In this document: piece after piece, positions 45,175 to 54,843 of the stretch
Layout: every line of letters starts with the position of its first letter
How positions within the stretch are numbered: the stretch's first letter is position 1
NCBI GenBank assembly: GCA_965231875.1
Contig: CBDDOM010000002.1
Coordinates: 3,139,942 to 3,203,941, forward strand
Reading direction: 5' to 3'
DNA from: Alphaproteobacteria bacterium
GTDB lineage: Bacteria; Pseudomonadota; Alphaproteobacteria; MPNO01
Length of the DNA stretch: 64,000 nucleotides
Translations under genes and position numbers: made by a program
The notes under the pieces: generated by a model
Databases searched by the model: none
What the model was told of the DNA's origin: nothing
Seen by the model: the letters and a program-made list of their open reading frames with translations, nothing else

Positions 45175-46398
45175 TTGCCGAGAGGCGCCCCGATGGACGC
45201 CCCCAGCCAGGATCTGACCGCGCTCGATACCGACGCCTGGCTCGCCCGGGTGGCGGAGGCCGGGCCGGTCGTCGAGTCGCTCGCCCCGGAGGCAGACCGC
45301 GCCCGGCGGCTGAGCGCGGCGGCGATGGCGGCGCTGCACGAGCAGGCGCTGTTCCGGCTTCTCCTGCCGGTTGCCTATGGCGGCGCGGAGATGACGCTGC
45401 CGGTCTTTCTCCCGGCGATCGAGGCGGTCGCGCGCCATGACGGCAGCGCCGCCTGGTGCGTTGCTCAGGGCAACGGATGCGCCTCCCTCGCCGGTTTCCT
45501 CGAACCCGCTCTGGCGCAGGAGATCTGGGGGCGGGATCCGGCCGGCGTGCTCGCCTGGGGGCCCGGCAAGGCGGAGGCCCGCGCCACAGACGGCGGCTAC
45601 AGCGTCACCGCCCGCACCGGGTTCGCCAGCGGCAGCCACCACGCGACTTGGCTCGCCGCCCATTGCAACGTGTTCGAGAGCGACGGCACGCCCAGGCTCG
45701 GCGCCGGGGGCGCGCAAGAGAACCGGACTGCCCTGATCCCGGCCGATACGGTCGCGCTGTCCGACGGCTGGGATGCGGTGGGCCTGCGCGGCACCGGCAG
45801 CGACGGGTTCGCTTGCGACGACCTGTTCGTGCCCGGGGAAAGGACCGTCGTCCGCGCCACGATGATCGAGGACAGGCCCGCCATTTCCTCCCTTCACGGC
45901 ATGCCGCTGATGTCGGTCTACGCCACCGGCTTCGCCGCCGTCGCGCTTGGCCTCGCGCGCGGCTTGTTCGATGCGTTCGTCGCGCTGGCGCGGGACAAGC
46001 GCCCGCGCGGCGCCCGGTTCGCGCTCAGGGAGAACCCGGCGGTCCAGGAAGAGGTCGCCCGGGCCGATGCGAGAATCCGCGGCGCCCGCGCCTTTCTCGT
46101 CGACGCGGCGGAGGCGGGGGCCGCCGATCTCGCGGCGGAGGGTCGCATGTCCGTGGATACGCTGATGACGATCCGGCTCGCCGGCACGCATGCCATCCAC
46201 GAGGCCAAGGCGGCCGTCGACCCGCTTTTCGATACCGCCGGCACCGGCGCGGTCATGGCCTCCAGCCCGCTCGAGCGGCGGTTCCGGGACATCCGTGCCG
46301 TCGGTCTGCAGATGCAGGCGCGCAAGACCCATCTCCAGACCTGGGGCTCCTGGGCGCTCGGCGGGACGGTGACCTCCGACGGGGTCAATGTGGGGTGA
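45175..46398 (+). CDS. Acyl-CoA dehydrogenase-fold flavin-dependent monooxygenase (HsaA/DszC-like)
   Basis: About 400 aa with ACAD N/M/C domain arrangement; start could be MDAP at 45193. Confidence 0.7.
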   Translation: MPRGAPMDAPSQDLTALDTDAWLARVAEAGPVVESLAPEADRARRLSAAAMAALHEQALFRLLLPVAYGGAEMTLPVFLPAIEAVARHDGSAAWCVAQGNGCASLAGFLEPALAQEIWGRDPAGVLAWGPGKAEARATDGGYSVTARTGFASGSHHATWLAAHCNVFESDGTPRLGAGGAQENRTALIPADTVALSDGWDAVGLRGTGSDGFACDDLFVPGERTVVRATMIEDRPAISSLHGMPLMSVYATGFAAVALGLARGLFDAFVALARDKRPRGARFALRENPAVQEEVARADARIRGARAFLVDAAEAGAADLAAEGRMSVDTLMTIRLAGTHAIHEAKAAVDPLFDTAGTGAVMASSPLERRFRDIRAVGLQMQARKTHLQTWGSWALGGTVTSDGVNVG

Positions 46399-46431
46399 AT
46401 CGGAACCCACCTTGTGCCGCACAGCTCCGGT

Positions 46432-46540
46432 ATCCCCCCTCACCCCGGCCCTCTCCCCCGCGGGGGAGAGGGGAATTTACGGCGCCCTCTCTATCTTCTC
46501 CCCTCCCGCCTGCGGGAGGGGCCGGGGGAGGGCGTCGCGC
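46432..46540. repeat. REP-A family repeat copy (inverted orientation)
   Basis: ctctcccccgcgggggagagg ... cccctcccgcctgcgggagggg. Confidence 0.6.
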
Positions 46541-46572
46541 GCGCGGCGCAGACCGGATAGACAGGTAACGGA

Positions 46573-47781
46573 TTGGACCGGACAATAATGGACATCGAAT
46601 CTCTTCTCGACCGGCTGGACCGGCGTTTTCTGATCGATACGCTGGTCGAGCTGGCGCGGGTTCCGGCCGACGTGCCGTTGGGGACAGAGGTCTTCATCGA
46701 GCCGGACGATCCGAAGCTGGTCCACTACGTCCAGCATGTCCTGCGGCCCAGGCTCGCGTCGGCGGGCGCCCACGACCTGATCGACGTTCCGGGCAACCAG
46801 ATCGTCGCGCGCTACGGGGCCGGAACCGGCGGGAAGTCGCTGCTGGTCCAGGTCTATACCCCCGTCCAGCACCACAATTTGATGGACGATCCGTGGTCCG
46901 GCAGGATCGCCTCCGGCGCCGCGTGGGGGCGCGACGAGCCCTGCGTGTTCGGCATGGGGGTCGGCCAGAACAAGTCGCACCAGGCGATCGCGCTCGCCAT
47001 CCTCAAGCTGCTCGCCGACACCGGGACGGAACTCCCCGGCACCCTCTATGTCGCGATCAACAACGAGGGAAGGTCGAGCCACAAATGCTCCGAGGCGATC
47101 CTTGCCGCGCTCGATGAAAAGCCCGATTTCGCGCTGCTGATGACCGCGACGGGCGAGCGGATCTCGATGGGCAATCGCGGCCGGGTCGACGTCAACGTGA
47201 CGGTGCGCGGCAAATCCGTCCATTCGAGCGTCCCCGACACCGGGCTGAGCGCCATCGAGGGCGCGTGGGAGGTTATGAGCCGCCTCAAGCGGATGACCTT
47301 CGAGGGGACCCACCCGCAGCTCGGCGGCCGCCACGTGCTGCCCTACCAGATCGCCTATTCGCCGCTCGCGCCGCACACGATCCCCGATACCGCGAGAATG
47401 CGGGTCGACCGGCGGCTGCTCCCCGGCGACGATCCGGCGGCCGCGACCGAGGAGGTGCGGGCGGCGATCGGCGACCTCTCGCCCTGGGAGGTGAGCGTCG
47501 AGCAGGGCCATCACATGTGGCCCGCGATGGTCGATCCGGAGAACCCGGCGGTCCGTCTGCTCGCCGCCGCGCATGAGTCGGTCCACGGAGAGCCGCCCGG
47601 AACCTATTACGGCCAGGGCACGTTCGACGCCGGCGGTCCCTGCGCCGCCGGGGTGCCGGCGGTAATGTACGGCGTCGGCGGCGGGACCGGCGTGCTCGGC
47701 ACCGACCTGGTCGCGCTCTCCTGCCTCGACCGGGTCTCGCGCACGGTCGCGCGCACGATCCTCTCGTATCTCGGTGAGTGA
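46573..47781 (+). CDS. M20-family metallopeptidase / ArgE-DapE-like deacylase
   Basis: 402 aa; metal-binding His/Asp/Glu pattern typical of M20; overlaps next gene by 8 nt. Confidence 0.7.
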   Translation: MDRTIMDIESLLDRLDRRFLIDTLVELARVPADVPLGTEVFIEPDDPKLVHYVQHVLRPRLASAGAHDLIDVPGNQIVARYGAGTGGKSLLVQVYTPVQHHNLMDDPWSGRIASGAAWGRDEPCVFGMGVGQNKSHQAIALAILKLLADTGTELPGTLYVAINNEGRSSHKCSEAILAALDEKPDFALLMTATGERISMGNRGRVDVNVTVRGKSVHSSVPDTGLSAIEGAWEVMSRLKRMTFEGTHPQLGGRHVLPYQIAYSPLAPHTIPDTARMRVDRRLLPGDDPAAATEEVRAAIGDLSPWEVSVEQGHHMWPAMVDPENPAVRLLAAAHESVHGEPPGTYYGQGTFDAGGPCAAGVPAVMYGVGGGTGVLGTDLVALSCLDRVSRTVARTILSYLGE

Positions 47782-48790
47782 CATGAGCGCGGCCGTTCCC
47801 ATGCGGGCGAAGTTCGGCATTTCGCTCTCCACGCGGGCGATCCTGTTCGACTGGGGATCGCTCGACGATCTGCTCGACATGGCGGAGACCGCCGAGAACT
47901 CCGGGCTCTTCCACGGCGTCTGGGTGGGCGATAATTTGCTGTCCAAGCCGCGGGTGGAGGCGGTGGTCACGCTGTCGGCGATGGCGGTGCGAACCAGCAG
48001 GGTGAAGCTCGGTACGGTCTGCCTCGCGAGCTTCCCGTTCCGCGATCCGCTGCTGTTCGCTTTGCAATGGGCGAGCCTCGACGTGTTGTCCGAAGGGCGG
48101 ACGATCCTCGCCGTCTGCAATGGCGGCTCGCGCTTCGACGGTCCGCAATTCGCGCACGAGCTCGACGTTATGGGGGTCGAATCCAGCGAACGACCCGCCC
48201 GGGTGGTCGAGGGGATCGAAATCCTCCGCAAGCTGTGGGGCGACGGGAAGGCAAGCCACGCGGGCCGGTTCCGCAGCTTCGCCGATGTCGACCTCCAGCC
48301 CAAGCCGGTGCAGAACCCGCCGCCGATCCATATCGCCGTCAATCCCAAGCGCGACGACGTGCCGGAAGAGGCGATGGAACGGATCCTGAAGCGGGTCGCC
48401 GCGCACGCGGACGGCTGGCAGACCGACGGCACGCCGGTCGAGCGGTTCAGGGAGCGTTTCGACAGGATCCGGGCCCACGCCGAGGATCTCGGGCGCGATC
48501 CCGCCGGTTTCGACGGATCGCTCCACATGATGGTCAATATCGACGAGGACCGGGACCGCGCCTTCGAGGAGGCGACGACCTTCCTCGGCGCCTATTACGG
48601 CGCGGGGTACATCTCGCGCGACCAGGCCGAGACCTGGCTTGCCTACGGCTCGCCGCAGGCGGTGATCGACAAGCTCGCCGCCTATATCGAGGCCGGCTGC
48701 ACCATGCCCATCATGCGCTTCGTCTCCGCCCGCCCGCGCGAGCAGCTCCAAAGGTGCATCGAAGAGGTCCTGCCGGCGTTCCGGGGCTGA
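47774..48790 (+). CDS. LLM-class flavin-dependent oxidoreductase (luciferase-like)
   Basis: 338 aa; TIM-barrel LLM signatures. Confidence 0.75.
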   Translation: MSDMSAAVPMRAKFGISLSTRAILFDWGSLDDLLDMAETAENSGLFHGVWVGDNLLSKPRVEAVVTLSAMAVRTSRVKLGTVCLASFPFRDPLLFALQWASLDVLSEGRTILAVCNGGSRFDGPQFAHELDVMGVESSERPARVVEGIEILRKLWGDGKASHAGRFRSFADVDLQPKPVQNPPPIHIAVNPKRDDVPEEAMERILKRVAAHADGWQTDGTPVERFRERFDRIRAHAEDLGRDPAGFDGSLHMMVNIDEDRDRAFEEATTFLGAYYGAGYISRDQAETWLAYGSPQAVIDKLAAYIEAGCTMPIMRFVSARPREQLQRCIEEVLPAFRG

Positions 48791-48835
48791 GGCGGGGTCT
48801 CTCTCCAGCGACCGACGGGACGTTCTCCGCCGCGC

Positions 48836-48940
48836 CCCGCCCTCCCCCGGCCCCTCCCGCAAGCGGGAGGGGGGAACGCTCGGCGAGCGAGTCTCCCTCT
48901 CCCCCGCGGGGAGAGGGTCGGGGTGAGGGGGCCGCTCGGC
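48836..48940. repeat. REP-A family repeat copy
   Basis: cccctcccgcaagcgggaggggggaacgctcggcgagcgagtctccctctcccccgcggggagagggtcggggtgagggg. Confidence 0.6.
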
Positions 48941-48962
48941 GTGAGGGTGGGACGTCAGCCCC

Positions 48963-50138
48963 TCAGATAAACGGCGAGGCGGGGTCGAGGCCTAAGGCGA
49001 CGCGGCCGTAGGTGGTTCCGGCCACGTCCCATTTGAGGATGATGTGGTTCGCGGCCACCCGGACGTCGCGGAACTTGCGCTGGGGGATGCTGTCGGAATA
49101 GACGCTTCTGGCGCCGCCCGCCTCGAACAGGCCTTCGACGGCGCGCTGGCAGAACCGGGCCGCGAACGCCATGTCGCGGCGGTTCCGCGCGCGCTCCGCC
49201 AGGGTCAGCGAACGCCCCTCCCGCATCGCTTCCATCGCCTCCCTCGTGTCGCGCTCGATCAGCATGCGGGCGCAGTCGATCTCGGCGGAGGCGGCGGCGA
49301 TGCGGAGCTGCGTCGTGGCGTACTCGGCGACCGGGGCGCCGAAGGAGTGCCGCTCCCCGATTTCGGCGATGACGTCGTCCAGCAGGCTTTCGGCGGTTCC
49401 GAGCGCCGTGGCGCAGAAATGGAACGGGATGGTGGTGACGTGCGGCAACCGGTAGAGCGGCGGCACGTCGGGCTTGCCGCGCGCTTCCCAGCCGCCGCTC
49501 GACAGCCTGAGCGGGATCGTGCGGTGCCGCGGCACGAACACCCCGTCCGCCACCAGGGTCTTCGACCCCGTGCCGGCGAGCCCCATGACCTGCCAGTCGT
49601 CGTCGATCTCGACCTCGTCGCGCGGCACCAGGCAGAGATAGGGTTCGGGCGGCCCGTCGCCCGCCGCGATGACGCTGCCGAGAAACACCCAGCGCGCGTG
49701 GTCGCACCCGCTCGCGAAGCCCCAGCGGCCGGTCAGCCGCCATCCGCCGTCGGCGGGCTCGTTGGTGCCGGACGGGAAGAACCCGGCCGAGATCGACGCG
49801 TCCGGATCGTCGGCCCAGACCTCGTCCGCGACCCCGGGATCCATCATGCCCACGATCATCGCGTGGTCGCTGTAGACGCCGCAGACCCAGGCGGTCGAGC
49901 CGCAGCCGCGGGCGAGCGTGGCGACGACCTGGACGATCGCGTCGAACGGCAGCTCGCCGCCGCCGAGCCGCTCGGGCTTGCCCATCGCGTGGAGGCCGGC
50001 CGCCCGGATGTCGGCGATCGTCTCGTCCGGCAGGCGGCGCAAAGCTTCCGTCCCGGCCGCCCGTTCGGCGAGGACCGGGACGAGGTCTTCCGCCCGCCGG
50101 AGCATCTCCGCGGCGCGGGTCTCTCCATTTTCGCTCAT
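48963..50138 (-). CDS. Acyl-CoA dehydrogenase-fold flavin-dependent monooxygenase, second paralog
   Basis: 391 aa; ACAD-like domain order. Confidence 0.7.
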   Translation of the reverse strand: MSENGETRAAEMLRRAEDLVPVLAERAAGTEALRRLPDETIADIRAAGLHAMGKPERLGGGELPFDAIVQVVATLARGCGSTAWVCGVYSDHAMIVGMMDPGVADEVWADDPDASISAGFFPSGTNEPADGGWRLTGRWGFASGCDHARWVFLGSVIAAGDGPPEPYLCLVPRDEVEIDDDWQVMGLAGTGSKTLVADGVFVPRHRTIPLRLSSGGWEARGKPDVPPLYRLPHVTTIPFHFCATALGTAESLLDDVIAEIGERHSFGAPVAEYATTQLRIAAASAEIDCARMLIERDTREAMEAMREGRSLTLAERARNRRDMAFAARFCQRAVEGLFEAGGARSVYSDSIPQRKFRDVRVAANHIILKWDVAGTTYGRVALGLDPASPFI

Positions 50139-50142
50139 GCTG

Positions 50143-50634
50143 TCACCTCGGGGCGCTCATGGGTCGGGCTTGTTTCGGCGCAAGCTTGCGGGCGGGCTCG
50201 AAGCGGTCTTCGAGACGGTTGGCGTGGCGATGAATCAGCCGCCATTCGCCGTCGATCACGCGGAAGACATGGGTGACCCGGTTCGACCACCGCGCCGGAT
50301 CGTCCATCCCGTCCATCGCGGTCTCGAAGGTCTCGATGTCGGTGGTGTAGGCGAGTTCCGGCGTGACCACCGCGGTCAGGTTCTCGTGGCGGACGGTGCC
50401 GCCCTTGAACTGCCGGCCCGCCCAGTCCCAGCGCCGCGAAACCCGGTCCCAGCCTTTCTCGTAGCCGCCCCAGCCGTAGAAGCTGGTGGCGTCCCCGGTG
50501 TGCGCATAGAGCGCCTTGATCGCCGCGACATCGCCGTTGGCGACATCGGCGAGCGCCGCGCGGAGCCGCGCGAGCGCTTCTTCGAAGGGCGGTGCGTCTG
50601 CCATCGTCGTCCCGCTGGATTGCCTGCGGACCAT
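50143..50634 (-). CDS. SnoaL-like / NTF2-like (DUF4440-type) protein
   Basis: About 150-160 aa; W/Y-rich alpha+beta cone fold pattern. Confidence 0.45.
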   Translation of the reverse strand: MVRRQSSGTTMADAPPFEEALARLRAALADVANGDVAAIKALYAHTGDATSFYGWGGYEKGWDRVSRRWDWAGRQFKGGTVRHENLTAVVTPELAYTTDIETFETAMDGMDDPARWSNRVTHVFRVIDGEWRLIHRHANRLEDRFEPARKLAPKQARPMSAPR

Positions 50635-50658
50635 GGTTGTCCAGCCGGGTTTTCCATG

Positions 50659-51672
50659 TCAATTCCGCGCCTTGCGGCTCGCGTGAAGGGCGTGGACCGC
50701 GAGGCTCAGCAGAACCACCGCGCCCGCCTGGTGGAGCGCGGCGGCGGCCAGCGGCACGCCGAGAAGAAGGGTCGCGACGCCGAGCCCGGCCTGGAGAACG
50801 GCCATTGCGGCCAGGAGATCGAATGCCAGGCGGTCGCCGGGCGGCAGGTCGCGGGCGCGCCACCACAGCGCGAGGATCGCCGCGACAACGAGCATCGCGA
50901 GCCAGCGGTGGACGAACTGCACCGTCACCGGATTGCCGGTCAGGTCGGCGGTCCACGGCGCCACGGAGAAGATCTCCCGGGGGACCAGGCGGTCGTCCAT
51001 CAGCGGAAAGGTCGGATGGATGTGGCCCGCGTCGAGCCCGGCCACGAACGCGCCCCAGATCGCGGTCAGCGCGACGCCCGCGATCACGAGCCCGATATGC
51101 GTGTCGTAGGCGCCTCGCGCCGCGCGTTCCCGCGCCGGTCCCAGCGCCAGCCATAACAGCCAGGCGTAGACCGCGAGCGCCAAAGCGAGATGGGCGGCAA
51201 GCCGGTAATGGCTGACCTCCGGCCGGTCGACCAGCCCGCTTTGCACCATGTACCAGCCGAGCACCCCCTGGCCCGCGCCGAGCAGGAAAGCGACGGCGAG
51301 CCCGATCCCCAGCCGGCGCCCGATCCGGCCGTGCCACGCGAACCAGGCGGCCGGGAGGACGAAGGCCAGCCCGATCAGCCGGCCCCAGACCCGGTGCAGG
51401 TATTCGAGCCAGAAGATCGAGCGGAAGTCGTCGACCGTCATCCAGAAATTGACGCGCCGGAACTCCGGCGTCTCGCGGTAGAGGGCGAAGACCGCTTCCC
51501 ACTCCGCGGCGTTCAGCGGCGGCAGCCAGCCGGTGACCGGCCGCCAGGCCGCCATCGAGAGCCCCGACCCGGTGAGCCGGGTGAGGCCGCCCAGCACCAC
51601 CATCGCGAAGATCATCGCGCAGCAGGCGTAGAGCCACAGCGCGACCGCGCGGTCGGTCTCCCGGGCGGGCAT
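50659..51672 (-). CDS. ctaA: Heme A synthase (COX15/CtaA)
   Basis: GGLTRLTGSGLSMAAWRPVTGWLPP...FWLEYLHRVWGRLIG motifs; start is Met88 of ORF 50659..51933. Confidence 0.8.
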   Translation of the reverse strand: MPARETDRAVALWLYACCAMIFAMVVLGGLTRLTGSGLSMAAWRPVTGWLPPLNAAEWEAVFALYRETPEFRRVNFWMTVDDFRSIFWLEYLHRVWGRLIGLAFVLPAAWFAWHGRIGRRLGIGLAVAFLLGAGQGVLGWYMVQSGLVDRPEVSHYRLAAHLALALAVYAWLLWLALGPARERAARGAYDTHIGLVIAGVALTAIWGAFVAGLDAGHIHPTFPLMDDRLVPREIFSVAPWTADLTGNPVTVQFVHRWLAMLVVAAILALWWRARDLPPGDRLAFDLLAAMAVLQAGLGVATLLLGVPLAAAALHQAGAVVLLSLAVHALHASRKARN

Positions 51673-51689
51673 CGCGCGGACCCGGGCGC

Positions 51690-52094
51690 TCAGGGCGTCA
51701 TGTGCCGCGCCCGCGCGCCGCGCTCGATCGCCGCCGCCGACAACCGGTCGACGGGAAGGCTCTGGGCGAGCATTTCGAGCAGCCGGAGTTCCTCCTGCGC
51801 GATCCTGCCGTCCGCCACCACGATCTCGCAGGCGACCGCATAGGCGGTCTCGCGCAGCTTCTCCGGCAGGGCGTCGCGGATCGCGTCGAGCACGGTTTCG
51901 AGCCCGTCCTCCGCGTTCAGAAGCTCCGCGCATTCCGCCGCCCTGCGGGCCAGCGAGCCGGTATCGAACCCGTCGAATACCGGCAGGCGTTCGACGATCT
52001 GGCCGATCCGTCGGAGCTCGGTGTCGGTCATCTCGCGGTCGGCGGCGGAGGCCAGGACCATGGAATAGATCAGCGCGCTGTGATGATCGGTCAT
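51690..52094 (-). CDS. TerB-like (tellurite-resistance TerB family) protein
   Basis: 134-aa helical protein; family call from overall pattern only. Confidence 0.4.
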   Translation of the reverse strand: MTDHHSALIYSMVLASAADREMTDTELRRIGQIVERLPVFDGFDTGSLARRAAECAELLNAEDGLETVLDAIRDALPEKLRETAYAVACEIVVADGRIAQEELRLLEMLAQSLPVDRLSAAAIERGARARHMTP

Positions 52095-52240
52095 TCTCTC
52101 TCTCGATATGGCGGGGGCGCTCGACGCGCTAGCGGGCAGATATGCGCTCGGGCCGTCCGGATCAAGGGACCGGGTTTCGGTTGGCCCCGGCGCCGGTTCG
52201 CGTCACAATCGTTTCGGTCCGGCCGGAACAGGAGGCGGCG

Positions 52241-53248
52241 ATGAGCCAGCGCGTGGCCCTTTCCGATTTTCACCAGGCGATGGAGGCGGCGAACGTCGTC
52301 GCGCTCTGGGAGCTTGAGGACACCACCAACCGGCCGCCCGAGCCGCCGCATATCTGGCGCTGGGAGACGCTGGAGCCGCTGCTGGAGACGGCGATCGAGG
52401 CGACCTCGATGACCGACGCCGAGCGCCGGGTGCTGGTGCTCAACAACCCGGCGCTGCTGGAATCCGGGCGCAGCCGGGGCTCCGGCCTCACGCTCGGCTT
52501 CAATCTCCAGGTCCTGATGCCGGGCGAGACCGCGCGCCCGCACCGCCATTCGATGAACGCGCTGCGCTTCGTCATGGAAGGGACGGGCGCGACGACGATC
52601 GTCGACGGCAAGCCCTGCCCGATGGAGCCCGGCGACATGGTGCTCACCCCCGGCTGGACCTGGCACGAGCACGTGCACGAGGGCGACGGGCGGATGATCT
52701 GGCTCGACGTGCTGGACGTGCCGTTCCACCACTATCTCGATACCGGCGAATTCGAGCCGGGCCCGGCCCACGACGTGCCCGACATGCCGCCGGACGAAGC
52801 CTTCTCGGCGCCCGGGTTCGCCCCGGTCTCGGGCGCGGCGGACATGGCCTATTCGCCGCTGTTCCGCTACCCGTGGGAGACCGCGCGCGATGCCCTGGCC
52901 GCGCTTCCGCCGGCGCCCGACGGCAGCCGCCGCATGCTCTACACCAATCCGCTCACCGGCGGACCGACCATGGCGACGATGGAATGCTCGCTCCTTTCGC
53001 TGGCCGAAGGGCGGCGCACGCGCGCCTACCGCTCCAACAGCAATTCGGCCTTCATCGTGGTCGCCGGAGAGGGGCGCTCGGAGATCGGCGAGACCGAGAT
53101 CGCGTGGCGCAAGCACGACATCGTCTCGCTGCCGCACGGCCACTGGATCGGCCACACCGCGGAGGCGGAGGGCGCGCACCTGTTCGAAGTCTCCGACCGC
53201 GAGATGCTGAAGCGCCTGCACATCCTGCGCGACGAATTCGCGGACTGA
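52241..53248 (+). CDS. Gentisate 1,2-dioxygenase-like bicupin dioxygenase
   Basis: 335 aa with two cupin modules; HRHSMNALRF and HWIGHTAEAEG metal motifs; start ATG 52241 inside ORF 52142..53248. Confidence 0.7.
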   Translation: MSQRVALSDFHQAMEAANVVALWELEDTTNRPPEPPHIWRWETLEPLLETAIEATSMTDAERRVLVLNNPALLESGRSRGSGLTLGFNLQVLMPGETARPHRHSMNALRFVMEGTGATTIVDGKPCPMEPGDMVLTPGWTWHEHVHEGDGRMIWLDVLDVPFHHYLDTGEFEPGPAHDVPDMPPDEAFSAPGFAPVSGAADMAYSPLFRYPWETARDALAALPPAPDGSRRMLYTNPLTGGPTMATMECSLLSLAEGRRTRAYRSNSNSAFIVVAGEGRSEIGETEIAWRKHDIVSLPHGHWIGHTAEAEGAHLFEVSDREMLKRLHILRDEFAD

Positions 53249-53257
53249 AGCCCCGCC

Positions 53258-54115
53258 TCAATAGGGCCTGTCGCCCAGCACCGTCGTTCTGTGCATGGTC
53301 CGGATGTCCGGATAGCGGTAGCCGCCGGTCGCATAGTGGATCACGCAGCGGTTGTCCCACATCAGCAGATCGCCCTCCCGCCACTTGTTCATGTAGACGA
53401 ATTCCGGACGGATCTGGTGGGCGAAAAGGGCGTCGAGGATGGGCTGGGCCTCGTCGTCGTCCATGCCCTCGATGCCGATGGTGAAGCGCCGCTGGACGTA
53501 GAGCGATTTCTCGCCGGTCGCCGGATGGGTCCGGACGATCGGGTGCGAGATTTCGGCGAAGCGCGCGCTCTGGCCGGCGTAGAACGCGGCCGCGTCCTTC
53601 CTGAGCGGCGAAATCTCGACCCGGGGGTTCGCCAGCTTGCTCGGATTGTGGATCGCGCGCCTGCCCTCGATCCTGGCCTTGATGTCCGCCGGCAGCGCGG
53701 CGTAGGCCCCGGTCATGCACGCGAAGGCGGTATCGCCGCCCTCGCGCGGGAGCTTTACCGCCTGCAGGAGGGTGCAGAGGCTCGGGGTCTCCTTGAACGA
53801 CAGGTCGGTGTGCCACGAATCCCCCGCGTCCGGGACGCCGACCGGCTCGCCGTCCCTGAGGTCGTTCGACAGCACCATGACGTGTTCCTGGCCGGGCAGG
53901 TTGTAGCGGCGGTTGTCGTGCACCTCGAGCGGGCCGAAGCGGGCCGCGAAGGAGACCTGGTCGGCGGGCTCCAGATATTGCTCGCGGAACGCCAGCACGC
54001 GGTAGCGGTGGAAGGCGTCGAGCACCGCCCCGAACGCTTCTTCGTCCAGGTCGCGGGCGATGTCTATCCCGGTGATTTCGGCCCCGAGCACGTCCGAAAG
54101 CGGCGCGATGTTCAT
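53258..54115 (-). CDS. TauD/TfdA-family Fe(II)/2-oxoglutarate dioxygenase
   Basis: 285 aa; WHTDLSF iron motif, C-terminal WDNRCVIHYA; start is Met208 of ORF 53258..54736. Confidence 0.8.
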   Translation of the reverse strand: MNIAPLSDVLGAEITGIDIARDLDEEAFGAVLDAFHRYRVLAFREQYLEPADQVSFAARFGPLEVHDNRRYNLPGQEHVMVLSNDLRDGEPVGVPDAGDSWHTDLSFKETPSLCTLLQAVKLPREGGDTAFACMTGAYAALPADIKARIEGRRAIHNPSKLANPRVEISPLRKDAAAFYAGQSARFAEISHPIVRTHPATGEKSLYVQRRFTIGIEGMDDDEAQPILDALFAHQIRPEFVYMNKWREGDLLMWDNRCVIHYATGGYRYPDIRTMHRTTVLGDRPY

Positions 54116-54211
54116 TCTTGTCCCGGTCTCCGTACGGCGGTGCGCTGGACACCCCAACCGAGCCAAATATAATCCAGCGACTTCGCGATTGCAGTTTTTC
54201 AGGGGGGGGCC

Positions 54212-54820
54212 GTGTCGATGGCGGATCGGTCGACGGAGGCGGGCGGCATCGAGGTCGGCACCAAACAGGCCGGCATCGGCCACAACCGGCCCAAGGAAGT
54301 CGTCTGGGAGCGCTGGCAGAGAAAGCGCACCTTCGTCCGCGCGCTCGAAGGCACCTACGGCGAGCTCCAGGAAGAGCTTTACAACCAGCCACGGGTCTAC
54401 AGCGCCGCCGACCAGGAATGGCGCGGCGGGCCGCAGCTCTTCGACAAGTCCATCGTGAACCCGATGAAGACCGACATCGCGCAGTCGATCGAGACCCATA
54501 TCTCGGTGATCGCGCCCAAGGGCACCGGCCAGCGCCACGGCCACATGAATTCGGCGATCTTCTACTGCCTGCGCGGCAAGGGTTACGACATCCACGACGG
54601 CAGGCGCTTCGACTACGAGGCGGGCGACATCATGGTGGTGGAGAACGGCTGCGTTCATCAGCACTTCAACGCCTCGGAGGACGAAGACCTGGTGCTGCTG
54701 GTGATGAAGGCGAAGCCGCTCTTCCTGTTCATGCACATGCTGTTCCAGAAGATCGCCAAGTACCCGCCCAAGGAGCCGGTGCCTGGCTGGGAGGACTGGA
54801 CGCCTCCCAAAGACATCTGA
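54212..54820 (+). CDS. Monocupin protein (first of an adjacent pair)
   Basis: GQRHGHMNSAIFYCLRGKG cupin motif 1 with HxH. Confidence 0.55.
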   Translation: MSMADRSTEAGGIEVGTKQAGIGHNRPKEVVWERWQRKRTFVRALEGTYGELQEELYNQPRVYSAADQEWRGGPQLFDKSIVNPMKTDIAQSIETHISVIAPKGTGQRHGHMNSAIFYCLRGKGYDIHDGRRFDYEAGDIMVVENGCVHQHFNASEDEDLVLLVMKAKPLFLFMHMLFQKIAKYPPKEPVPGWEDWTPPKDI

Positions 54821-54843
54821 CCGACCGGAGAGGAGCGACCGGA

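Noticed and set aside
46388-46588. Small ORFs translating ...PLTPALSPAGERGIYGALS... and the PSPPRGRGE-type peptides in other REP-A copies
   Set aside because: Generated by the REP-A hairpin sequence itself and recurring at every copy. Not protein-coding.
46477-48537. 686-aa ORF on the minus strand
   Set aside because: Antisense to the M20 peptidase and LLM genes.
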